Assembly (NCBI GenBank): GCA_963706335.1
Contig: CAVPME010000019.1
Coordinates: 150,432-214,431 of the forward strand
Length of the DNA: 64,000 nucleotides
Source of the DNA: Terriglobia bacterium
GTDB lineage: Bacteria > Acidobacteriota > Terriglobia > Terriglobales > Acidobacteriaceae
Direction: 5' to 3'
In this document: positions 28,977 through 39,053 of the stretch, piece after piece
Layout of the letters: each line of letters starts with the position of its first letter
How positions within the stretch are numbered: the first letter of the stretch is position 1
Made by a program: the position numbers and the translations under genes
Notes under the pieces: model-generated
Told to the model about the DNA's origin: nothing
Databases searched by the model: none
Seen by the model: only the letters and a program-made list of their open reading frames with translations

Positions 28977-30914
28977 GTGGGTAGCAATCCGTGGACAGCG
29001 ATCCGTGACTGGCAATCAGAAAGACAACCCGCCGGTGTCATCGAACAAAGTCTGGATCTTGCTTTTACTCGGTTTGGCTGGGGAATTGCCACGGGCTTCG
29101 TCGAAGCTGCGGGCCTGCTGTTATTCCAGACGATTCAATTGGGCCCGATGGGGTCCGATGATGCACGTCTCCAAAGAGATTTTCTGGATCTCACCGATTG
29201 TCGATGGCTGCCTCTTTTGCTTTGTAGCGTTGATTTGCTCGTTTTTCGTGCACTTCTTACCCCGCGCTTCCAGCGGTGCGAGTGCTTATTTTTCTGCTGA
29301 CCTTCCTGAGCGTCTACGACTGGCTCACGCTGACGAACCGCCTCCTTCATGGTGCCTGCCTCCTATTTGCCCTTGGAGCGGCCGTTGCCTTCGCCCGTTG
29401 GTGTTGAAAAACATGATTACGCCCGGCTGCAATTCTTGAACAGAGGCACTCTTTGGGCTATCGCCATTTGGGTGCTAGTGTTCACCGGAATTCAGGGTGG
29501 TCAGCGGCTGCACGAGCGGCGTGCACTGTCACAACTGCCGCCATCGGCACCCGGAAGCGCCCAACGTGCTGGTGATCGTCGTGGACACATTGCGCGCCGA
29601 TCACGTCTCTTCCTACGGGTATGCTCGGCCCACCACACCGAATCTCGATCGCTTGGCGCAGCAGGGGGTGTCGTTTGAAAACGCGATTTCAACCAGCTCA
29701 TGGAGTCTGCCTTCCCACGTTTCGCTAGTCACGGGTCGCTATCTCTTCGAACACGGAGTTGGAAATGTCCAGCCTGAGCCATGGCTGGGGTGGGACGGCA
29801 AGGGTTTGGGAGGCTATGCAACGTTAGGTGAAGCCCTGCAGCAAAAGGGTTACCGCACCGGAGCATTTTCCGCCAATCGAACTTACTTCTCACGCGATCT
29901 TGGATTCGGTCGAGGGCTTCATCCACTTCGAAGATTATTTTCATTCTCCTGCCGACATGTTCGTGCGCACGCTTTATGGACGGGAGTTTGCGCGCATTTA
30001 TCTCAAGCGCAGCGAGCATAGCCTGGTAAAGCGCGTTCTGCGAAAGCTCGGCTGGGATTCTCTGCTCGATCAGGATGCGGAAGGCTCGGGCAGTTACGGC
30101 GGCGCATTCGGAGTACGCAAACGCGCAGATGTGGTCAACCAGGAAGTAATGAATTGGATTGCCTACGATCGCCAGCGACCATTCTTTGCCTTCCTCAACT
30201 ATTTCGATGTGCACGATCCTTACGGCGGCCCGAGGGACTATCCGAAGCCTTCTTGGCCACGACAGACTACGATCGACGCGTATGACGATGGCGTGAAATA
30301 CGTCGACGACTACCTGCAGAAGCTGATGGAAGAATTGGACGAACACGGCATGGCGAAAAATACGCTTGTCGTAATTACGTCAGACCACGGTGAGTCTCTG
30401 GGTCAGCACCATCTGGAAACTCATGGCCGAGCGCTTTATTGGGAACTGATCCACGTTCCATTGGTGATGTACTATCCCGGACACGTTCCCGCATGGGTTG
30501 CGGATCAACAGACCAGTGACCAATGCGGCTATTCCCGCCACTGTGTTAAGCCTGATCGGAGCGGATGATGCTGACTTCCCGGGGCCCGCGCTCGATAGGT
30601 TTTGGAAGGCACCCACGGCCAGCCAGCGATGGCCTCTCCCACTCTCTGAGTTGGCGCAAAACAAATATCCCGGCAAGCACGACAAGGAAGCAGATCAACT
30701 CGTACCCACCGCGACCAGTGGGGCTATGCGGTCGATAGTCAGTTCGCGATGGCAACTGATCGTTCACGACACGCTCGGCGATCAACTTTATGACTGGACG
30801 CTGGATCCGGGGGAGTCTACCAATCTGACCTCGACCGCCGACGGCAAAGCGCAAGCCGCTGGACTGAAATCAGAATTGGAAGGAATCACAAAGGCGGCTT
30901 CAAAAACGAAGTAA
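28977..30914 (+). pseudogene. Membrane-anchored sulfatase (alkaline-phosphatase superfamily), broken by at least 5 frameshifts
   Basis: Fragments at 28977..29300, 29005..29439, 29349..29678, 29497..30021 (NVLVIVVDTLRADH...SSWSLPSHVSLVTG), 29828..30568 (VITSDHGESLG) and 30498..30914. Confidence 0.8.
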
Positions 30915-30994
30915 CACGCGATAGCAGATTAGGATCGCCTACGGTTACAACCTGGCGTTGTAAGGTTCCCACTGCCGCTTCAGAATCGCCAACG

Positions 30995-32671
30995 TTAGAA
31001 ACTGGTGAGGGCCTTGATTCCCTTAGACTCGACGCATTCGTAGGCGCGGCCTGATGTCAGCTTTTTGTATTCCTCGGTACCGCCGCTTGGCCAATCGATC
31101 ACGAGGCGGTCGATCTTCTCGCGCTTACCTAGCCCGAAAGTAAGAGGCAGCTCGGATTGCGACAAGTAACTCGACCCTCCTTTTACCAGCCGCGACTGAA
31201 CCGACTCTTCCTGAAAAATCCGGACTCGCGCACCAATCGCGTCGCGATTTGAGTTTATTCCGACAAGGTGAATACGGACGCTCTTGTTTCCGGCGACATG
31301 GTCGTTGCGATAGAGGTAGGCTGGTCCGTTGTTGGTGGTGATTAGAAGATCGAGGTCGCCATCACGATCAAAATCAGCGTACGCAAGTCCCCGCCCAACT
31401 TTCGGCCGACTGAAGCCCCCGCCGATTTCGCCTGCCACGTCATGGAATTTTCCCCGACCGTCGTTTAAGAACAATTGGGGCGACTGTGCGTAGCCTACTC
31501 CTCGAACGTCACGCACCGTGTCGTCGATGTGTCCGTTGACCACGGCGAGGTCGAGTGACCCGTCGAGATCGGCATCTAGAAACGCGCAGCCAAAGCCCAA
31601 TCTGTCTTTGGAAGCAAGCCCAACCCCGCTCTGTGTGGCGATGTCCACGTAATTTCCGCCGTTCGCCAGATAGAGTCCGATCATTTCGTTGTCGAAATTC
31701 GTAATAGCCACGCCCGAGGCGCCAGAGTTGTTGAAGTCGGCGACGTCCACGCCCATTCCCGCGCGGGCCTTCCCTTCGGCGCTGAACGCGATGCCGGCAT
31801 CAACCGCTACATCCTTGAATGTTCCGTTACGCTGATTACGATATAGCTTGTTGGGTTGAGTGTCATTGGCCACCAACAGATCGGGCCAGCCATCCTGATC
31901 GTAGTCAAGCATGGCGACTCCCAAAGACTTCGAGCTCGAGTCGAAAACCCCGCTTACGGGGGTGACATCCTCGAATTTTCCGTTGCCCATATTGTGAAAC
32001 AGCCAGCAAGTCTCGCCGCGATACGCCTCAGGCGTGCAATACGATTTGCGTTTTCCATCCGGGCTGCAAAACACATCGTGCTCCGGCGACCATTTCACAT
32101 AGTTGCAGACAAACAGATCGAGCAAACCATCGCGATCGTAATCAAACCAAATCGCAGAAGTGCTAAAAGCCTGCCTTCCACCCAATCCGCTGGCTTTGGT
32201 CACGTCGAAAAATGTCCCCTTGCCGGTGTTTTGGAACAGGCGATTTTGTCCGACACAAGTTACCAGCAAGTCGGGAAATCCATCGTTGTCGTAATCTCCG
32301 ACCGCGACTCCCATGCCGTACATCTCCATGTCGAGGCCCGCGCCGCGCGTCACATCGGAAAATGTACCGTTCCGGTTGTTGCGATAGAGCTTCAGCGTGC
32401 TACGCTCGCGCTTGTGACCTGGCCAATCCATCCCGTTGACGAGAAGAATATCCTGCCATCCATCGCCGTCGTAATCGATAAATGCGCAACCAGCTCCGAG
32501 CGTCTCAGGAAGAAGTTTGCCTCCATATGCTCCACTGTTGTGGCGGAACTGCAAACCAGATTCAGCGGTCACATCGACCAGCCGAAATCCCGGAGAGAGA
32601 GATGGAAGGCCGAGCGTAGTTATGGAGTCCAGCAGCAGGCCCGACGCGGATGCCGACTCCTGCCATACCAA
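30995..32671 (-). CDS. FG-GAP/VCBS repeat plus ASPIC/UnbV domain protein (CRTAC1 family). TTG start, no obvious signal peptide.
   Basis: Repeated DYDGDGWQDILLVNG, DYDNDGFPDLLVT and DFDRDGDLDLLITT motifs. C-terminal RDAIGARVRI...GGSSYLSQSELPLTFGLG. Confidence 0.9.
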   Translation of the reverse strand: MVWQESASASGLLLDSITTLGLPSLSPGFRLVDVTAESGLQFRHNSGAYGGKLLPETLGAGCAFIDYDGDGWQDILLVNGMDWPGHKRERSTLKLYRNNRNGTFSDVTRGAGLDMEMYGMGVAVGDYDNDGFPDLLVTCVGQNRLFQNTGKGTFFDVTKASGLGGRQAFSTSAIWFDYDRDGLLDLFVCNYVKWSPEHDVFCSPDGKRKSYCTPEAYRGETCWLFHNMGNGKFEDVTPVSGVFDSSSKSLGVAMLDYDQDGWPDLLVANDTQPNKLYRNQRNGTFKDVAVDAGIAFSAEGKARAGMGVDVADFNNSGASGVAITNFDNEMIGLYLANGGNYVDIATQSGVGLASKDRLGFGCAFLDADLDGSLDLAVVNGHIDDTVRDVRGVGYAQSPQLFLNDGRGKFHDVAGEIGGGFSRPKVGRGLAYADFDRDGDLDLLITTNNGPAYLYRNDHVAGNKSVRIHLVGINSNRDAIGARVRIFQEESVQSRLVKGGSSYLSQSELPLTFGLGKREKIDRLVIDWPSGGTEEYKKLTSGRAYECVESKGIKALTSF

Positions 32672-32689
32672 GAAGAAATCCGCGGCGGT

Positions 32690-33319
32690 TCACGGAAGAT
32701 TTACCAGCCCATTGCGAATCGCATAGACCACAAGTTCGGCGGCTTTGTGGATGCCCAGCGCATCCATGATATTGGCACGATGTACAGCGATGGTGTTTGC
32801 GCTGAGATCGAGTACGGTTGCGATCTCCTTGTTGGACTTTCCGTCCACGATCATTTGCAGGATTTCAAGTTCGCGCGGCGTTAAATGTTGACCGCGATCT
32901 CCTTTAAGTGCGGAAGGACGTTGAAGCTGCGAATCTAGCACCGTTTCTCCCGCAACCACACGGCGGATGGCAGCTCCCAATTCCAGATCCACAGCGTTCT
33001 TGAGCACATAACCACGGGCGCCAGCGTCCATGGCCTGCCGGACAAGTGTTTCTTCCGGATGCATGCTCAGCATCAGCACCAGGGTTTGCGGTTGCTTTTC
33101 GAGAATCTTTCGCGTCGCTTCCAGTCCATTCATCTTAGGCATGGCACAATCCATTACCACGACCTGGGGCTGCAACTCGCTGCGCAAGTCGCAGGCCTCT
33201 ACTCCGTCGCCAGCTTCTCCCGTGACCACGATGTCCGGCTCGTCTTCAAGAATCCGGCGAAATCCGCGCCGCACCAGGCTATGGTCATCCACCAACAGAA
33301 CAGAAATTTTATTCGCCAT
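32690..33319 (-). CDS. NarL/LuxR-family response regulator
   Basis: ISVLLVDDHSLVRRG...VVVMDCAMPKMNG (receiver domain); LTPRELEILQMIVDGKSNKEIATVLDLSANTIAVHR (LuxR HTH). Confidence 0.9.
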   Translation of the reverse strand: MANKISVLLVDDHSLVRRGFRRILEDEPDIVVTGEAGDGVEACDLRSELQPQVVVMDCAMPKMNGLEATRKILEKQPQTLVLMLSMHPEETLVRQAMDAGARGYVLKNAVDLELGAAIRRVVAGETVLDSQLQRPSALKGDRGQHLTPRELEILQMIVDGKSNKEIATVLDLSANTIAVHRANIMDALGIHKAAELVVYAIRNGLVNLP

Positions 33320-34777
33320 GTGAATCCAGTTTCTCCCCAGATTTTCTTTGGGCACCGTAAGACGAATCAATGTTCCACCGCCATTCGGCTGGCCGAATTC
33401 AATGGTTCCGCCCAACAACTCTGCCCGTTCTCGCATCGCTACCAGCCCAATTCCTTGGTTTTTCGTTTGTCCGTGAACCCACTTCCATGATCTTCGACTT
33501 GCAACTCCAGAGTCTCCGGCAAAAAACTCAAGCGCACCCATGCTTGTTTCGCACCGGAATGTCGTGTCACATTATTCAAGGCTTCCTGCAAGACACGGTA
33601 CACATGGATAGCCGCATCCCCGACCACCGGGAACGTTCGATCCCGACTTCTCATACGATAGGTGAACACCTGCCTGTCGTTCCACCATCGGCAGGTACCA
33701 GTCGAGAGTACTCTCCAGCCCGGATTCGTCGAGCATGACCGGGTGCAGCGCCTGGGACAAACTGCGAACTTTATCCAGCGTGCTTTGCGCGATTTCAGCG
33801 ACTTCGCGCAAGTCGGCCCGCAACCGTGACCCCTCGGGGACTTGATTTCCAGCACGCGAAAGCATGGCACCTACCGCGGTCAAAATTTGTCCAAACTCGT
33901 CATGCAGCTCACGAGAAATGTGCCGCAAGGTCGATTCCTGAGTCGAAATGAGTTTCTGCGCCAGTTCGCTACGCTGTTCGGAGAGCGCGGCAAGCTGCGC
34001 AAACAAACGGCGATTCGACCGGATGGAATACAGGCCGGTGAGCAGGATGGCGACCAGGGTCAGCAGCAGAAAAAGATAAACCTGCCTCTGTACCCGGTCA
34101 TAAATTTGGGCCACTCGTAACGCAGCCCGCTCTTCGCTCTCGTTATTTTGTACTAATAGGCGTGCCACTGCCGTGCTCAATGCCGCCTGGCGCGCCTGTA
34201 ACGAAAGCTGGATCTGAGAGCGTGCTTCGTCTTGCTTGCCACCGGCGGCCAGCGCCATGGTTCGATCCACGGCATCCCAAAATTGCGCCATCGAGTTTCC
34301 GAGATATTGCCGCTGCTCGGGAGTTCGATCCCCTACTGCCACCTGCTCTTCTTTACGAAGCGCGTCGTTGAGATCCGCCCGAATCCGCTGAAATTGCGCG
34401 GTCCATGCCGTCAGCGGATATCGTTCGTTATTGTCCAGCATGTCACGCATGGCAAGAGCGATCGTGTTTAGATCGTTTTGAATCCGAAGCAGTTGCAGCG
34501 AATCCTTGCGATTGCGGTCCACCAGGTTGTTTTGTAATGTTCGCAGGCCAGAGATTTGCCAGGTAATGTATCCCGAGCACGCCACCACAGCGGCCAGAGT
34601 AATGATCAGTCCCAAGAACAGCCCAGGCGTCGGAGACCGATGAGAGGTTGGCGGTGGCGGCACGTCCCGAGAATACAACGCGAAGATGTGAAGTTCCAAC
34701 AGAGCCCTGTTACCGCGATTTATACTGCGAAGCGTGATTGGAAAGACGATAAGAGAGTGGGTTTCACTACTAGCCAC
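33309..34777 (-). pseudogene. NarX/HisKA_3-type sensor histidine kinase with 2 frameshifts (about 33640 and the A5/T5 run at about 33460). The last segment runs in frame into the response regulator with no stop.
   Basis: ORF 33572..34777 (TM, helical sensor, second TM, ISRELHDEFGQILT H-box), ORF 33439..33870 (VLQEALNNVTRHSGA N-box), then GIGLVAMRERAELLGG (G-box) in the frame of ORF 32690..33541. Confidence 0.8.
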
Positions 34778-36386
34778 CGTGACGGGCCTGCTGGCGTGCG
34801 CGGCAAGTGCTCAGCCCGACATCAGAGCTATTGATGCTGTAGCAGCGACGGAGAACATTTACGCCGACGTGCTCGACGCTTACGGCGCGTTCAGCACCAT
34901 CGATTCCGGTCTCATGAAAACCTATGATGGCAAAGATCGCCAGGCGTGGGAGAAAATCTACCGCGAGAAACGCGCCGCGTTGGTTGAACATTTGGGAAAA
35001 GTATCAGGTGACGGGCTCTCAAAGTCGGACGCGAGGGCGGTCATACTTATGCGGGGCAGCCTTACAGATTTTCCCGCTGATGACTCGACTCCTGCTCCCA
35101 GCGGCAAGTGCAGCAACGCGCGAAACCCCAGCGTGGACTACGACGCGCTGCATGCCGCGCTGTACGCGTGTTTCGACGAGTTAGCTAACAATCTGCAGTT
35201 CGAAGGCAGTAAGGTCAACCGTGTGTCGGCGTTCAGTTTGCTGGAGCAGATCAGGGAACCAGAGAGACGCAAACGCCTCTTTCTTGCGTTTGATCCCCTC
35301 TGGCAAGCCGTGAATGGGAAAGATGAACCCGGCAGCCCCTACCGGCGCATGATCAAAATGGCGTCGGCTGACGCAGCCAAGAACAAGCCAGCAGTCACTG
35401 CGGCTGCGGAGAGCCTGGGAGTACAGCCTTCTGAGGTAGAAGCGTGGCTTGAACGGATTCTCGAAACATGGCGCGAGGTAAGCGGCAACACTCCCGTCGA
35501 GCCGTGGGATTACCGTTACGATGCAGGAGGCCCAGGCAGGCTGTTGGATTCCGCCATTCCACGTGATGAGTTGAGGAGGATCAGTGAACGCTACTATCGC
35601 GATCTGGGCGCGGACCTTACGGGCCTCGGAGTCTTGTACGACCTCGATCCACGTCCGGGGAAGGCCCCGTTGGCGTACACCGATTTGTTGCGATGTGGAC
35701 GGATGGTGATTGGAACATGGCGACCGGCTATCGCGCGAGTCTCGGCGAGCTATGAACGTGGCGGCCTGTCTAATCTGAACGAACTGGTACACGAAGAAGG
35801 ACACGCCATTCACTTCAGCGGGGTTCGGGCCCGTCCGGCGTTCACTTATAACGACAGCCTTTTGTTCATCGAGGCTTTTGCCGATGTGCCTTCCTGGAAT
35901 GTCTACGAGGCAGCCTGGCAACAAAAATATCTAGGCACGTCTGCTTCGCAATCCGCTTCGCTGCGGAATCTTTATTCCGGCGTCATGCTCGATGTTGCGT
36001 GGGCTCTGTTTGAGATCAGAATGCTACACAAACCGGACGCCGACCCTAATGTTGTTTGGACAGATCTCACCAGCCGGTATCTTCATATTGTGCCGCACCC
36101 CGAGTATTCGTGGTGGGCGGTGAGAGTACAGTTGATAGATTCTCCCGGCTACATGGTGAACTACGGATTGGGAGCGGTGATCACGGCAGACATCAGACAT
36201 CGCATACGGGAGTCTCTCGGAACCTTCGATACCGGAAATCCGCTCTGGTATTCCTGGATTTCGGATCGGCTGCTACGTGTTGGCGGAGAGTTTGAGACCG
36301 CAAACCTTCTGCTCAAGTTTCTCGGCCGCCCCGCATCGCCAGAGGCCCTGATCGACGATATGCGGCGGTTAGATCCGCCGCATTGA
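34734..36386 (+). CDS. Secreted zinc metallopeptidase, gluzincin type (HExxH ... EAxxD; M2/M3-like), family not resolved
   Basis: Signal peptide LLATVTGLLACAASAQ. NELVHEEGHAIHFSG followed about 25 aa later by FIEAFADV. Confidence 0.6.
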   Translation: MIGKTIREWVSLLATVTGLLACAASAQPDIRAIDAVAATENIYADVLDAYGAFSTIDSGLMKTYDGKDRQAWEKIYREKRAALVEHLGKVSGDGLSKSDARAVILMRGSLTDFPADDSTPAPSGKCSNARNPSVDYDALHAALYACFDELANNLQFEGSKVNRVSAFSLLEQIREPERRKRLFLAFDPLWQAVNGKDEPGSPYRRMIKMASADAAKNKPAVTAAAESLGVQPSEVEAWLERILETWREVSGNTPVEPWDYRYDAGGPGRLLDSAIPRDELRRISERYYRDLGADLTGLGVLYDLDPRPGKAPLAYTDLLRCGRMVIGTWRPAIARVSASYERGGLSNLNELVHEEGHAIHFSGVRARPAFTYNDSLLFIEAFADVPSWNVYEAAWQQKYLGTSASQSASLRNLYSGVMLDVAWALFEIRMLHKPDADPNVVWTDLTSRYLHIVPHPEYSWWAVRVQLIDSPGYMVNYGLGAVITADIRHRIRESLGTFDTGNPLWYSWISDRLLRVGGEFETANLLLKFLGRPASPEALIDDMRRLDPPH

Positions 36387-36408
36387 TTGATGCGGCTTGG
36401 TGAGCAGT

Positions 36409-36903
36409 TCAATTCCGTTTTGCGGGGTCTGCGTCAATATCCTGCGGGAAAGACTTTAGAGACACTTCGCGCGATTTTGACGACGTCTTCTTGTTGGCGT
36501 CGGTGGTGTTTTGGAAGAGCGTACCCTTGAGTACGTAATAACCTTCATCTCCCGGATTTTTGCCCGGCCCTCGTTCGATCGTGCCTTTGAATTCGTACCA
36601 GATGCCATGAACGGTTTCGGTAATAAAGCTCAGTTTCCTGGCGTCAAGCGATGCGGTTTTAAAAAAATGGTCGAGAAATTGGCCATGATCGCTTTCAAGA
36701 TCGCCATATCGCGAAATGAATCCGCTTACTCGGCTGGCATCCTCGATATTTAGTTGGACGAATTCTCCTTCCTGCAAAAAGGAATACATGCCGGAGTAAT
36801 CTTCAGCAGGCTTGTTAGCGGGCGCGCTTGGAGTTGTGCTCTGCGCGCTTAACAGAGCGCACTGCAGGAAGATCATTGCAAAGGCCGTAGCCAGTCTGCA
36901 CAT
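36409..36903 (-). CDS. Secreted hypothetical protein (start at ATG 36903)
   Basis: MCRLATAFAMIFLQCALLSAQS signal peptide. No family recognised. Confidence 0.5.
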   Translation of the reverse strand: MCRLATAFAMIFLQCALLSAQSTTPSAPANKPAEDYSGMYSFLQEGEFVQLNIEDASRVSGFISRYGDLESDHGQFLDHFFKTASLDARKLSFITETVHGIWYEFKGTIERGPGKNPGDEGYYVLKGTLFQNTTDANKKTSSKSREVSLKSFPQDIDADPAKRN

Positions 36904-37067
36904 GTGGGTATTAAAACATGGAACGGCGTTGTTCGAACCTGGTACCCACGGGCATCCCAACCCAGCTGGCCGAGCAAGCCTAAAATATTGTCGTTCCCTC
37001 CCGATTTGTCGGCATTCCGCGGCTGCAGCAAGGCGGCAGATTCTCCCACCATACAACCGCGCTCAGA

Positions 37068-39017
37068 ATGACGATGCTGACACTGCGATTGCACCACGCA
37101 GCGAGCCCCGCTCGCTGCCCAGACGGGGACGTCTGGGCCTACGCAGTGCGCGGTTCAGAGACTATAATCAACCTTTCGCCAGCCGCGGCCCTATTGATGA
37201 AACCAGCTCCCGTGCTTTTGGATTCTACGCCCTCGCCACTTCCAAAAGCTCCGCCCGGGCCTTCCCTTCTTGTGGAGTTGCCCGCGTGGCATACGGTTTT
37301 CCTTCGAAATCTTTTTGACTTGTTTCGTTCCGACCAGGATGTTCCATTCAAGTCTTCGACTCCACCCGGCTCATTTTGGCCAGATGTTTTCGTAAACTCT
37401 CGTCCGGCGTGGAGCCGGTTGGGTGTGTCAGGTCTGGGCCACCTTGCCGCAATCGCAGCAATCGTGGCATCGATACAGTTCTGGCCTCAGCGGCCTGAGG
37501 TCGTGGTCAATCGCGTGATTCGCCGTGATGATGTGGTTTACTACTCCCCTTCTGAATATCTACCTCCGCTCGATACCGGTGGAACCCGGAAACCCCTTCG
37601 CCAGAAAGGCGAGCCGGCTTACGCGCCACAACCCATCATTTCCGTGCCTGCCGAAGGGGACAATCACAATCAGACTATCGTTACTCCATTCGACCTAAAA
37701 CTGAATCATGATGTGCCTTTGCCAAACATCGTGGCCTGGTCTCAGACGAAGGCGCAGCCGGAGGTCCCGATGGCGTCCACAACGACTGCGGCGAATCTGA
37801 GGCTCCCGACTCTCTCCGCTGCCGTCGTAGCACCCGCGCCTGAAGTCAAGCCCTCCGAAATGCCCCAGCGGAATCCTGCGCTGTCGCAGGCGATTGTGGC
37901 ACCGCCGCAGGATGTGAACGGCGAGTCCCTGGCGCGTACACTTCAGACTCCCCAGGCTTCGATCATTGCTCCCGCCCCACGTATCGATGCTGCCTCGGCG
38001 CGACACATGGGAGATATAAATATCGGTCACTCCACCGTAGTTGCTCCAGCACCGGAATTGCCCGTGGCAGAACAATATGCAATGCAGTCTGTAGCCAGTG
38101 TCCGGGCACAATCCGGCGCCAGTAATACTGGTCCCGCCGTCGTGCCGCCTGCACCATCAATCGCCGGAAACACGGTTTCCAATTCGGGTGGGCGGCTGAT
38201 TTCGTTGGGCATTCATCCTGCCCGAGTCGCGCCTCCCGAAACGCCGCTCGGAAATCGCCGCGGCACTTTTGCCGCAAGTCCCTCCGGGAAGACGGGAGCG
38301 CCAGGCACGCCAAACATTTCACCCGACGACAACTCCGGTGTCGGAATCAACTCCGCCGCCGGCAAGAACAGTGGCATCCCGGCGGGCTTGAGTGTGGGAG
38401 CGGCGCCTAGTGGTCAAGCTACCTCGACGGTTGTAGGCAACGGAAATGGAAGTGGAACCGGCGGACCGGATGCCCGCGATTCCGAAACCTCGAAGCTCCT
38501 CGCAGACGCGAAACCTCCGAGAGTTGGCTCGAGCCCTGCAGCATCCGAGATTGCCCGAGACAAAGCTACGGACGTCGATCGCTGGATTTTCGGAGATCGC
38601 AAGTTCTATGCCATGACCTTGAACATGCCGAATTTCAATTCGGCGGGCGGAAGCTGGGTGATTCGCTTTGCCGAACTGAATGCCACCGATAATAAAGGGA
38701 GCGACTCTAAGGCAAACGAACGCAAGGACGATCTAACAGCTCCGGTTGCTACCCAGAAAGTCGACCCCGCCTACCCGTTGGAACTCATGCAGCGCAACGT
38801 GCACGGAACGGTGACGCTTTATGCTGTCATCAGGAACGATGGCTCGGTAACCGATGTTCGGGTCTTGCGCGGCGTGGATGACCGTCTGGATGAATACGCA
38901 AAGGCAGCGCTGGGACGCTGGCGATTTCGTCCCGCAACCAGGAATGGCGCGCCGGTCAATCTGGAAGCTGTGGTGATGATTCCGTTCCGGCCGGTACGGA
39001 ACAAGTCGAGTTTTTAG
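37068..39017 (+). CDS. TonB-family protein with a long Pro/Ala-rich linker (start uncertain; ATG 37199 also possible)
   Basis: C-terminal TonB domain VDPAYPLELMQRNVHGTVTLYAVIRNDGSVTDVRVLRGVDDRLDEYAKAALGRWRFRPATRNGAPV. Recurrent (V/I)(V/I)APAP motifs. Confidence 0.8.
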   Translation: MTMLTLRLHHAASPARCPDGDVWAYAVRGSETIINLSPAAALLMKPAPVLLDSTPSPLPKAPPGPSLLVELPAWHTVFLRNLFDLFRSDQDVPFKSSTPPGSFWPDVFVNSRPAWSRLGVSGLGHLAAIAAIVASIQFWPQRPEVVVNRVIRRDDVVYYSPSEYLPPLDTGGTRKPLRQKGEPAYAPQPIISVPAEGDNHNQTIVTPFDLKLNHDVPLPNIVAWSQTKAQPEVPMASTTTAANLRLPTLSAAVVAPAPEVKPSEMPQRNPALSQAIVAPPQDVNGESLARTLQTPQASIIAPAPRIDAASARHMGDINIGHSTVVAPAPELPVAEQYAMQSVASVRAQSGASNTGPAVVPPAPSIAGNTVSNSGGRLISLGIHPARVAPPETPLGNRRGTFAASPSGKTGAPGTPNISPDDNSGVGINSAAGKNSGIPAGLSVGAAPSGQATSTVVGNGNGSGTGGPDARDSETSKLLADAKPPRVGSSPAASEIARDKATDVDRWIFGDRKFYAMTLNMPNFNSAGGSWVIRFAELNATDNKGSDSKANERKDDLTAPVATQKVDPAYPLELMQRNVHGTVTLYAVIRNDGSVTDVRVLRGVDDRLDEYAKAALGRWRFRPATRNGAPVNLEAVVMIPFRPVRNKSSF

Positions 39018-39053
39018 CTGGATCGCAGACGCGACGGATTAATTCCTACTTAT

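Noticed and set aside
1815-35924. Long antisense or shadow ORFs: 1815..2678(-), 4657..5490(-), 9488..10138(-), 11469..12155(-), 17093..17719(+), 28154..28726(+), 31856..32884(+), 35181..35924(-).
   Set aside because: Each lies opposite a gene with strong family motifs (dnaJ, HDAC, ppc, rpsP/KH, M61, GT39, ASPIC, peptidase). Their translations are Arg/Ala/Pro-rich with no motifs, typical of GC-rich shadow frames.
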